Source: an uncultured Gammaproteobacteria bacterium
Lineage (GTDB): Bacteria; Actinomycetota; Acidimicrobiia; Acidimicrobiales; Aldehydirespiratoraceae
Reading direction: 5' to 3'
Assembly: GCA_964196195.1 (NCBI GenBank)
Contig: CAXMSE010000027.1
Span: 20,775 to 84,774, forward strand
Length of the DNA: 64,000 nucleotides
Below the pieces are notes generated by a model. The model made no database searches. It saw only the letters and a program-made list of their open reading frames with translations, and was not told the DNA's origin. Shown in pieces: positions 56,555 to 64,000 of this stretch (positions are counted from its first letter, which is position 1; each line of letters begins with the position of its first letter). The translations under genes were made by a program, and so were the position numbers.

Positions 56555-56680
56555 TCTGAGCGCGTACGCGCGCATAGCGCGCGCCGGCGGTCAGAGATCG
56601 GGGTGGGTTGGCACCCCATCAGGTTCTCTGAGCGCGTACGCGCGCATAGCGCGCGCCGGCGGTCAGAGATCGGGGTGGGT
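56555..56680. repeat. perfect 54-bp direct repeat, two copies (56555-56608 and 56627-56680), 72-bp period
   Basis: TCTGAGCGCGTACGCGCGCATAGCGCGCGCCGGCGGTCAGAGATCGGGGTGGGT is read identically twice. It contains the self-complementary GCGCGTACGCGC and the hairpin CGCGCGC-ATA-GCGCGCG. Confidence 0.9.
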
Positions 56681-56820
56681 CGGTGAAGAGGGCTCCTGGG
56701 GTGCTGGCCTGGGCGTGGAAGAAGGTGGCCAATGGCCTTAGTGACGTTGCGAACTGGCGGAGAGTATGTTGGCTAGGTCGAGGTTTTTTGAAGAGGACAC
56801 GTGCGACTGAAGGAGCAGTG

Positions 56821-59800
56821 TTGACCGTCAAGCCCCCATTTCCGGGTACCCGTATCACCACCAACGGGAACCAGCTGGTTTCGTATCACACCGAGGCGAG
56901 GATCACTCAGGGCGGCGTGTTCTACCCGATCACGCCATCCACCGAAATGGGGGAGAACTACCAGTTGGCATTCGCCGAGGGCTCACTCGACGTGTACGGC
57001 AACAAGAAGGTGGCCATCGAGACCGAGGGTGAGCATTCAGCGCAGGGTGGCGCAATAGCGCTCTCGATGACGGGCCGACGAGTGGTGAACTTCACGTCGG
57101 GTCAGGGCCTTGTCTACGGCCTCGAGCAGTACTACCACGCTCCCGGCAAGCTCTCGACGCTGGTGGTGGAGGTGGCCGCCCGTGCTCTCACCAAGCATGC
57201 ACTCAACGTGCATTGCGGCCACGACGACATCTACGCGGCCCTCGACACGGGCTGGATGATGCTGTTTGCCAAGGATGCCCAGCAGGCAGCCGATCAGTCC
57301 TTGATCGCTCGGCGGGTCACAGAGCTGTCCCTGAACCCGGCGATCAACATCCAAGACGGATTCCTGACCTCCCACTTGGAACGCACCTTCTATCGCCACG
57401 AGTCCGAGCTGATGCGCCAGTTCTTGGGGGCGCACGACGACACTATCGATTGCCCCACTCCCGCCCAGCGTGAACTTTTCGGCCCCACTCGTCGCCGAGT
57501 GCCGCGAATGATCGACCTGAAGAATCCGATGCTGCTGGGTCCTGTGCAAAACCAAGAGCACTACATGAACGGCGTGATCGCCCGTCGCAACAACTTCGCC
57601 GATTATGTGGCGGGCTTCCTCGACGAGGCCTACGAGGAGTTCGCCCGGCTCACCGGCCGGCGCTACGGAATGATCACCGAGTACTGCTGCGACGATGCCG
57701 ACACCGTGTTCGTATCGCTTGGTTCAGCCGCCGAGAATGTGGAAGCCGCGGTCGACTATCTGCGTGAGAACGACGATGCCAAGGTCGGGTCGATTCATGT
57801 CAACGTGCTGAGGCCGTTCCCGGAGGCAGCCTTGGTGGAGGCGCTGCGGGGAAAGAAACGGGTGATCGTGCTCGAGCGCACCGATGATCCGCTGTCGGGA
57901 GACAATCCGCTCGGGCGAGAGATCAGGGCGTCGATCAACAAGGGAGTCGAGGTCGGACGCGAACACCCCGACGGTGACGTTCCCGTTCTCGAACCGTCAG
58001 AAGTGCCGATCCAGTTCGCCGGCACCTACGGGCTGGGTTCGCGCGACTTCCGTCCTGAGCACTCGATTGGTGCCTACGAGTTCGCTGTCGGCCAGACCAA
58101 GCGTCTCGACGGGCGCGGTCCCCACGACGGTGTCCGCAACTTCGTTCTGGGCATCGATCATCCCCATGCCGTGGTCTCCGAGCGCACGCCGTCGCTTCTT
58201 CCCGAAGGGGCGATTGCGGTGAGGTTCCACTCGATCGGCGGCTGGGGGATGATCACCACCGGCAAGAACCTGAGCGAGATCATCGGCGAGATCGGCGAGG
58301 ATGTCTCCCGTCGCCGCGAGGACTACGACGAGTTCGGCCGCCCCACTGAGGTCGTGCATGTGTCGGCCAACCCGAAGTACGGGTCTGAGAAGAAGGGTGC
58401 GCCCACCCAGTACTTCCTGGTGGCGGCTCCCGAGCGGATCCGGGTCAACTGTGATCTGCGCCATGTCGACGTGGTGTTGTGCTGTGATCCCAAGGCGTTC
58501 ACCCACTCCAACCCGCTCGAAGGCATCAGCGAGGGCGGCACGTTCATCATCGAATCCGATGAGGATCCCGAGACGGTGTGGCAGCGCATCCCGGTGTACG
58601 CCCGCCATCAGATAATCGACAATGACATCAAGGTGTACGCGCTGGCGGGGTTCGATATCGCGAAAGCCGCCACATCGCGCGAAGACCTCCAGCTGCGCAT
58701 GCAGGGCAACGCCTTCCTCGGCGCGTTCTTCGCGGTCTCAGGGCTACTCGAGGAGTACGGGGTCAGCACCGAGCAGTTCCACAAGTTGGTGCGGGCCCAG
58801 TACGTCAAGAAGTTCGGCCGTTTCGGTGACGGGGTCGTCGAATCCAACATGGTGGTGATGACCGAGGGTCTCGACCGGGTGCGCGAGATCCCCCACGGTC
58901 CGATCGATGCCGCCGACCGGTCCACCATGCGCCATCCCTCGCTGGAGGCGTGTGATGTGTGCGGGCCGCTTCCCTCCGATGTGGTTTCGGTGGAGCAGCC
59001 GGTACGTATGCCGCTCGCCCGCACCGCCACCTTCGACGCGGAATTCCGAGCCGGCTTGGGATACGACCAGCCTGCCTCGGCCTTGTCGTCGGTGGGCATG
59101 ATGCCGGCCGCCACCGGCGCCACCGCGAGCAAGTACGGGTCGCGTCGCCAAACACCGGTGTGGATCGAGGAGAACTGCACCCAGTGCCTCGACTGCATCA
59201 CCGCGTGTCCCGACACCGCGTTGCCCAACACGGCTCAAGACATCGACACCATCCTCAAGACGGCCGCCAACGCCTACATCACCGATCTCGACGACCGACG
59301 CGCGGTGATCGCCGCGGTTCCGGCCCTCGAGACCACCGTGAGAGCCCAAATGAACGGTGCGATCGCCGACAAGGAGCTCACGCCGTTCATCGACCTGCTC
59401 ACCCAGGCTGTTGCCGATACGCCTGAGATCGGTGAGCGGGCGCGGGATCAGTTCCTGGCCTTGTTCAAGCGGGTGCCGTTCGCCTACTTCAAGACGGCGC
59501 CGATATTCCGTTCCATGGAACGCAAGGAGTCGGGCAGCGGCGGCCTGTTCTCGATCATGGTGTCCGACCTCTGCAAGGGGTGCGGTGAGTGTGTGGTGGA
59601 GTGTGGTGAGCATGAGGCGCTCTACATGGCCGACGAGACATCTGATCTCAACGCCGATCACCTGAGTGGCACCAACTTCTTGAAGATGCTGGCCGACACG
59701 CCCACGAAGTACCTCGGGCGATTCGATCCCAAGCATCCCGAAGAATCACACGTCGCCCAGCTCAAGAACCACCTGATGCTGCGAAGCCAGTACGAGGCGC

Positions 59801-61482
59801 TGGTCAGCGGCGACGGCGCTTGTGCCGGGTGTGGAGAGAAGACAGTTCTGCATGCGCTTGCCTCTCTGACCGAGTCGTACATGCGGCCCATGTTCCACTC
59901 CAAAGCAGATCGGTTGGCGGCCAAGGCCGAGACCCTGATGGCCGAGGGCGAGGCCCGCTTGGCTGCCCTGGCCGAGAAGAGTCCCGAGGAGCACGACCTT
60001 TTCTGTCGCGCGGTGGCCCACATGTTGATGGGTCTCGGTGGTGACGATGCTGAGGACACCGATGCCCGGCTCGCGGCTCACGGCAAGATCACCGACGCCG
60101 AGATCGTCGATGCCATCGGCCAGGTGATGCGCCGTGACGCGTTCAACCACCGCGACCTTCAATCCGTCGACGGTATGACTGCCAATGGCATGTCGGTCAT
60201 GGCCATGGGTGCCCACACCGGCTGCAACACCGTCTACGGTTCGACACCGGTCAACAACCCACATCCCTACCCATGGATGAACTCCCTGTTCCAGGACGGG
60301 GCGACGATCTCGTGGCTCCTCGGGGAGGGATTCATCCTGACTCACGCTCGTCGTTCGGTGATTCCCGAGCGCCTGTGTAATCACCTTCTCGACGGTAAGA
60401 CGGCGATGGATCCCGCCGAATACGACAATCTGGTGCACTTGACCGACTCCGAGATGACAGCCCAGGAGATCCGTGAGCTGCCCAAGGTGTGGGCGATCGG
60501 TGGGGATGGCGGGATGGGCGATATCGGTTACCAGAATGTGTCGAAGGTGGTGCTCCAGAACCGCCCCAACGTCAATATGTTGATGCTCGATACCCAGGTG
60601 TACTCCAACACCGGTGGTCAGAACTCCGACTCCACACCGATGCCTGGTGGTGGCGACATGAACCAGTTCGGTCATTCGTCGCAGGGCAAGCTCACCGAGA
60701 AGAAGGGAGTGGCCGAGACCTTCGTCGGTGGTCATGGCTCGCCGTTCGTCGCCCAGGTGTCGGCGGCCAACACCGCCCAGTTCTACAAGGCGATCCTCAA
60801 TGGTCTCGAATATCGCGGCACCTCCTTTTTCCAGTGCTTCACGACCTGCCAACCCGAACACGGGGTCGCCGACGACATGTCTACCCAGCAGGCTGTGCGC
60901 ATCCGGGATTCACGCGGGATGCCCCAGTTCGTCTTTGCGCCGGCGAAGGGCGAGTCATACGAGGACTCCCTCGATCTGGCGGGCAACCCGAGCGTCACCC
61001 GCGATTGGTACCAGAAGACGTCGAAGGCCAGCGGCCGGCACTTCCAGTACCTGCCGTCGCACTGGGCGGTCACCGAGGCGCGGTTCCGTCGCCACTGGAA
61101 GCCGATCGAGTCGGCCGACGGCTTGATCGATCTCCACGACATGCTCACCGTGGTCACCCAGAACGACGTGGTCGAGCGATGCGTGTTCGACACGAGCCAC
61201 CGTTCGTTCATCCCGGACTGGGGCGTTTTCACCGAGATCGAGAACGAATCCGGTCAGGTCAGCACGATCGCGTTATCGCGCCAGATGGTGTTGTTCTGTG
61301 TCGAGCGGCGCCGTGCCTGGCGCATGCTCCAGAGTCGGGCCGGTGTCACCAACATCGACTATGTGGCCCAGAAGGCAGTGTTGGCGGCGTTCGCCGCCGG
61401 CGAACAGGGTGATGAAGATCGTTTCGCTTTCGCGGCGGCGATGCGCGACCGCGAGCTCGAAACGCTCCTGGCCGACGCCTAG
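56821..61482 (+). CDS. pyruvate:ferredoxin(flavodoxin) oxidoreductase-like fused 2-oxoacid:acceptor oxidoreductase, unusually long (~1553 aa)
   Basis: GAAGGAG lies 5 nt before the TTG at 56821 (GTG 56818 is an alternative). N-terminal TTNGNQLVSYH..FYPITPST. Two CxxCxxCxxxC motifs (59176, 59572). GDGACAGCGE, and the TPP motif GGDGGMGDIGYQN..DTQVYSNTGGQ. Confidence 0.88.
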   Translation: MTVKPPFPGTRITTNGNQLVSYHTEARITQGGVFYPITPSTEMGENYQLAFAEGSLDVYGNKKVAIETEGEHSAQGGAIALSMTGRRVVNFTSGQGLVYGLEQYYHAPGKLSTLVVEVAARALTKHALNVHCGHDDIYAALDTGWMMLFAKDAQQAADQSLIARRVTELSLNPAINIQDGFLTSHLERTFYRHESELMRQFLGAHDDTIDCPTPAQRELFGPTRRRVPRMIDLKNPMLLGPVQNQEHYMNGVIARRNNFADYVAGFLDEAYEEFARLTGRRYGMITEYCCDDADTVFVSLGSAAENVEAAVDYLRENDDAKVGSIHVNVLRPFPEAALVEALRGKKRVIVLERTDDPLSGDNPLGREIRASINKGVEVGREHPDGDVPVLEPSEVPIQFAGTYGLGSRDFRPEHSIGAYEFAVGQTKRLDGRGPHDGVRNFVLGIDHPHAVVSERTPSLLPEGAIAVRFHSIGGWGMITTGKNLSEIIGEIGEDVSRRREDYDEFGRPTEVVHVSANPKYGSEKKGAPTQYFLVAAPERIRVNCDLRHVDVVLCCDPKAFTHSNPLEGISEGGTFIIESDEDPETVWQRIPVYARHQIIDNDIKVYALAGFDIAKAATSREDLQLRMQGNAFLGAFFAVSGLLEEYGVSTEQFHKLVRAQYVKKFGRFGDGVVESNMVVMTEGLDRVREIPHGPIDAADRSTMRHPSLEACDVCGPLPSDVVSVEQPVRMPLARTATFDAEFRAGLGYDQPASALSSVGMMPAATGATASKYGSRRQTPVWIEENCTQCLDCITACPDTALPNTAQDIDTILKTAANAYITDLDDRRAVIAAVPALETTVRAQMNGAIADKELTPFIDLLTQAVADTPEIGERARDQFLALFKRVPFAYFKTAPIFRSMERKESGSGGLFSIMVSDLCKGCGECVVECGEHEALYMADETSDLNADHLSGTNFLKMLADTPTKYLGRFDPKHPEESHVAQLKNHLMLRSQYEALVSGDGACAGCGEKTVLHALASLTESYMRPMFHSKADRLAAKAETLMAEGEARLAALAEKSPEEHDLFCRAVAHMLMGLGGDDAEDTDARLAAHGKITDAEIVDAIGQVMRRDAFNHRDLQSVDGMTANGMSVMAMGAHTGCNTVYGSTPVNNPHPYPWMNSLFQDGATISWLLGEGFILTHARRSVIPERLCNHLLDGKTAMDPAEYDNLVHLTDSEMTAQEIRELPKVWAIGGDGGMGDIGYQNVSKVVLQNRPNVNMLMLDTQVYSNTGGQNSDSTPMPGGGDMNQFGHSSQGKLTEKKGVAETFVGGHGSPFVAQVSAANTAQFYKAILNGLEYRGTSFFQCFTTCQPEHGVADDMSTQQAVRIRDSRGMPQFVFAPAKGESYEDSLDLAGNPSVTRDWYQKTSKASGRHFQYLPSHWAVTEARFRRHWKPIESADGLIDLHDMLTVVTQNDVVERCVFDTSHRSFIPDWGVFTEIENESGQVSTIALSRQMVLFCVERRRAWRMLQSRAGVTNIDYVAQKAVLAAFAAGEQGDEDRFAFAAAMRDRELETLLADA

Positions 61483-62672
61483 GTAACAGATTCCGAGACA
61501 GGCTCGGAACCGGTGATGTGGTGAGGCTGCTGGCGTCGTATGAATGGGGCCGCGAGAGCGAAGCCGAGCGCGACCAACAGCAGCATTCCTCCCGCCGCCG
61601 CGGCGTAGGCCGCGGCGCGTCCGAATTCCTCGTAGACAGCGCCGACCACGATGGCGGTGATGCCGGCTGACAGGGCTTGGGCGGCTCCCATCATTCCCTG
61701 GGCGCCGGCTTGGCGATCTTCGGGAACCGACATCGCGACGGCTACTCCGGACGCGGCCACGGTGAGGCCATCGGTGACCGCGTGGATCAGCGAAACCGCG
61801 AAGATCCAGCTGCCCGTGGGTACCTGTCCGTAGGTGAACATGAAGATGGCGGCGACGAACAGGCCCACTCCGCCTACGCGGAAGGGCCCGATTCGTTGGG
61901 CGAGCCGTCCACCGGTCGGGCCGAGGATCACCAGGGGGATGGCGAAGAATGTGATGCCCAGGTTGGCCATCAGGGTGGGGGTCTCGAGGTCTTCGTGGAC
62001 AATGTCCCACAGGGCGTCGAACGCGCCGATCATTAAGAAGACCGCGGCACCGAGCACCACGGCGCCGGCCACCACCCTGGATCGCAGGAGATCGAGGGCG
62101 AGGCGTTGGCCGGTGGAGGAGGAGGTTTCGGTGACTGTTATCGCGTAGGTCAGTGGCACACACGCGGCGGTCGCGGCCGCGACAACTATGAACGGGGCGG
62201 CGAGACCGAAGGGTCCGACCAGCGCGGCGGAGATGGCGGGGCCGAGGGCGAAGCCGAATACGTCGGCGGAGAGAAGGCGTCCGAGGTTCTGGCCGAGGTT
62301 GGCGGGGTCAGCGAGGATCACGATGCGGCGGATCGCGGGGATGGCAGTGCCGATCCCGATTCCGGATACGACCCGGCCGACGAGTATCGGGGTGAGTGCC
62401 TCACCGAACGCCATCATGAGGAGGCCGGCCACGTTGGCCAGAACCCCGATCACGATGAGGCTTCGGGCGTGGCCGCGGTCGGCGAGGGGAGCGATGAATA
62501 TCTGGGCGACGAAGGCGGACAGGAATCCGGCGCCGATCACGACTCCGATTGCTGTCTCGCTGATGCCGTAGGCATCTCGATAGTCGCCCACGACCGTGAA
62601 CAGCACCCCGTATCCGGCTGCGAGTGCGGCCGACAGCGAGCCGAACACCCAGGTGGGGGAGATGCGAGACAT
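61479..62672 (-). CDS. MFS transporter
   Basis: About 12 TM helices with an APLADRGHARS motif-A-like loop. Its stop overlaps the PFOR stop by 4 nt (convergent). Confidence 0.85.
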   Translation of the reverse strand: MSRISPTWVFGSLSAALAAGYGVLFTVVGDYRDAYGISETAIGVVIGAGFLSAFVAQIFIAPLADRGHARSLIVIGVLANVAGLLMMAFGEALTPILVGRVVSGIGIGTAIPAIRRIVILADPANLGQNLGRLLSADVFGFALGPAISAALVGPFGLAAPFIVVAAATAACVPLTYAITVTETSSSTGQRLALDLLRSRVVAGAVVLGAAVFLMIGAFDALWDIVHEDLETPTLMANLGITFFAIPLVILGPTGGRLAQRIGPFRVGGVGLFVAAIFMFTYGQVPTGSWIFAVSLIHAVTDGLTVAASGVAVAMSVPEDRQAGAQGMMGAAQALSAGITAIVVGAVYEEFGRAAAYAAAAGGMLLLVALGFALAAPFIRRQQPHHITGSEPVSESVT

Positions 62673-62731
62673 CAGGGGAGCGTATGCAGCGCGGCCCGGG
62701 ACTCATCAGCGATGGCTGGGTCGCGGGCGTG

Positions 62732-63163
62732 TCAGGCGAGAACGGTGACCATGACGCCTCCAACTCCGACGAACAAGAGCATGGCGGTGAACACGATCAC
62801 CCTGATTGGCTCGGTGAGGCGGAGCGCCAGGCGGCCTTCGAGTCCGACCATCTCGTGATGGAGTCCCTCGCTGAGTACGCGGAACTGATCGTTGGAGATG
62901 GCGAACTGGTCATCGATCTTTTCGAACTGGCGCCCAAACCCCCCGAGCCGTTGGTCGATCAGGTCGAACCGTTGGTCCATCTTGTCGAGTCGCTCATCGA
63001 CCCTGTCGAAGCGACCGTCGAGTCGGGCGATGTCGTTCTTGGTGGCGAGGTCGGTCCACGGCACGGGTGGCATGGACTCCATGATGGCATCCGCGAGGTC
63101 TTCGTCCATCAATTCGGTGAAGCGTTGTCGGAGTCGGAGGCGGGTGTTCTCGTCGACGGGCAT
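62732..63163 (-). CDS. tail-anchored coiled-coil protein with eight consecutive heptads
   Basis: 143 aa from the ATG at 63163. Heptads: RLDGRFD RVDERLD KMDQRFD LIDQRLG GFGRQFE KIDDQFA ISNDQFR VLSEGLH. C-terminal TM helix VIVFTAMLLFVGVGGVMVTVL. The longer track ORF is read-through. Confidence 0.6.
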   Translation of the reverse strand: MPVDENTRLRLRQRFTELMDEDLADAIMESMPPVPWTDLATKNDIARLDGRFDRVDERLDKMDQRFDLIDQRLGGFGRQFEKIDDQFAISNDQFRVLSEGLHHEMVGLEGRLALRLTEPIRVIVFTAMLLFVGVGGVMVTVLA

Positions 63164-63250
63164 GGTTCCCTTCCAGGGTTGGGTGCTGCAAGGGGAAGTG
63201 CATGAAGGACTGTAGGGCGGGGCTGTGACACGGCGCGATACCTTCCTGTC

Positions 63251-63748
63251 ATGGCTCTCGATGACGAACTCACCAACCGTGTGTGCTGGAAGATCCCGAA
63301 TGCCTTGGCCCTTGTCGGGTCGAAGGCGGGGGACGAACGTAACGCGATGACCACGAGCTGGATCACCCAGCTCTCGATGGAGCCCGTCCTGATCGGGGTC
63401 GGGGTCGACAAGTCGGCGGTCACGCACCGTCTCATCTCCGATGGCGGCTGTTTTACCGTCAACCTCTGGGACAGCGACGACACTCGAGTGTTCGTGAAGT
63501 TCTCGAAACCGGCCACTGACGAGGGCGGGATGCTCAACGGCCGCGCCGTGCGAGGCGCCACCACCGGTGCTCCGGTGTTCGATGAGGCGATCGCCTGGCT
63601 CGATTGTGAGGTGCGTCAGGCAGTGGATCTCGGAGCTCACACCCTCTTCGTCGGCGAGCTGGTGGATGCGGCGATCAACGATGACGAGAAACGGTCGGCT
63701 TCGATGAGCGACACCCGCATGAAGTACGGAGGGGTGAAGCGTCACTGA
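63251..63748 (+). CDS. flavin reductase-like domain protein
   Basis: NAMTTSWITQLSMEPVLIGVGV..HRLI..GCFTVNL..G.HTLFVGELV is the typical Flavin_Reduct (FMN-binding split barrel) pattern. Confidence 0.85.
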   Translation: MALDDELTNRVCWKIPNALALVGSKAGDERNAMTTSWITQLSMEPVLIGVGVDKSAVTHRLISDGGCFTVNLWDSDDTRVFVKFSKPATDEGGMLNGRAVRGATTGAPVFDEAIAWLDCEVRQAVDLGAHTLFVGELVDAAINDDEKRSASMSDTRMKYGGVKRH

Positions 63749-63796
63749 GTCGTCGCCGGGGGCGTCGCCGTAGCCGCTGGCTCTCAACGCTCAGGC

Positions 63797-64000
63797 TCAG
63801 GGGCCGACACCTCCGGACCGGAACTCGGTCTCTGCTTCGACCCAATCTTGTACTGAGTCATCGAAGGTGAGTCCGTGTGATGTCACGCCGGCGGCGTCCA
63901 AGAATCCGATGTCGGTCGGCATCATGACCGATGATCCTGGCGCAACGGGCTGGAAGGGTCCGGGCGTCTGGCCGAGGTATGGGCCAGGGGCGCCGCCAGA
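63797..64000 (-). CDS. 3' end of an unidentified CDS entering from the window edge
   Basis: 68 sense codons are open to the window end in one minus frame (..MMPTDIGFLDAAGVTSHGLTFDDSVQDWVEAETEFRSGGVGP, stop at 63797-63799). GC3-rich. No function recognised. Confidence 0.3.
   Translation of the reverse strand, partial: SGGAPGPYLGQTPGPFQPVAPGSSVMMPTDIGFLDAAGVTSHGLTFDDSVQDWVEAETEFRSGGVGP

Noticed and set aside
56555-56680. CRISPR array.
   Set aside because: There are only two repeat copies. The 54-bp unit is much longer than a CRISPR repeat, the spacer is only 18 bp, and there are no cas genes in the window.
1-64000. Mobile elements, prophage, integrases or defence islands (restriction-modification, toxin-antitoxin, Avs-like).
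   Set aside because: I recognised no transposase, integrase, recombinase, phage structural or nuclease-effector motifs. No tRNA attachment site or flanking terminal inverted repeat was seen. The STAND NTPase at 40551-44360 carries a DNA-binding module rather than an effector domain, so I interpret it as a regulator and not as an antiphage Avs-type protein.

Overview
This is a 64 kb, high-GC, densely coding chromosomal segment of Actinomycetota type. I call about 55 CDS, most of them core metabolism. They include a thiolase, an acyl-CoA ligase, methylmalonyl-CoA mutase mutA/mutB with meaB, succinate-semialdehyde dehydrogenase, class I ribonucleotide reductase nrdAB, ileS, a ~1600-aa NAD-glutamate dehydrogenase and a very long PFOR-type 2-oxoacid oxidoreductase. 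There are also several MFS and other transporters, many predicted lipoproteins, and regulators of the MarR, ArsR-rhodanese, ECF sigma, Lrp/AsnC and SARP types. I found no rRNA, tRNA, CRISPR array, transposase or integrase. Many long ORFs in the track are antisense or out-of-frame high-GC artefacts and were not called.

Items worth a second look, in rough order of interest:
1. A 1269-aa membrane-spanning regulator combines a SARP DNA-binding domain, a STAND NTPase, one TM helix and an extracytoplasmic BMP/PnrA-type ligand-binding domain (40551-44360).
2. A thioredoxin-fold redoxin is split in the track by a single in-frame TGA exactly at its redox motif (W-TGA-G-C), followed by a SECIS-like hairpin. 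This makes it a candidate selenoprotein (21133-21987).
3. A perfect 54-bp direct repeat with alternating-CG palindromes lies in the promoter region upstream of the PFOR gene (56555-56680).
4. Two decayed gene remnants, an SDR and an ArsC, sit side by side (6181-6796).
5. A second ORF has coding signal that continues through an in-frame TGA (54589-55152).
6. An ArsR-rhodanese regulator has a nested palindromic operator and faces a DUF4395-MFS pair.

All functional calls come from motif recognition by eye, without database searches.
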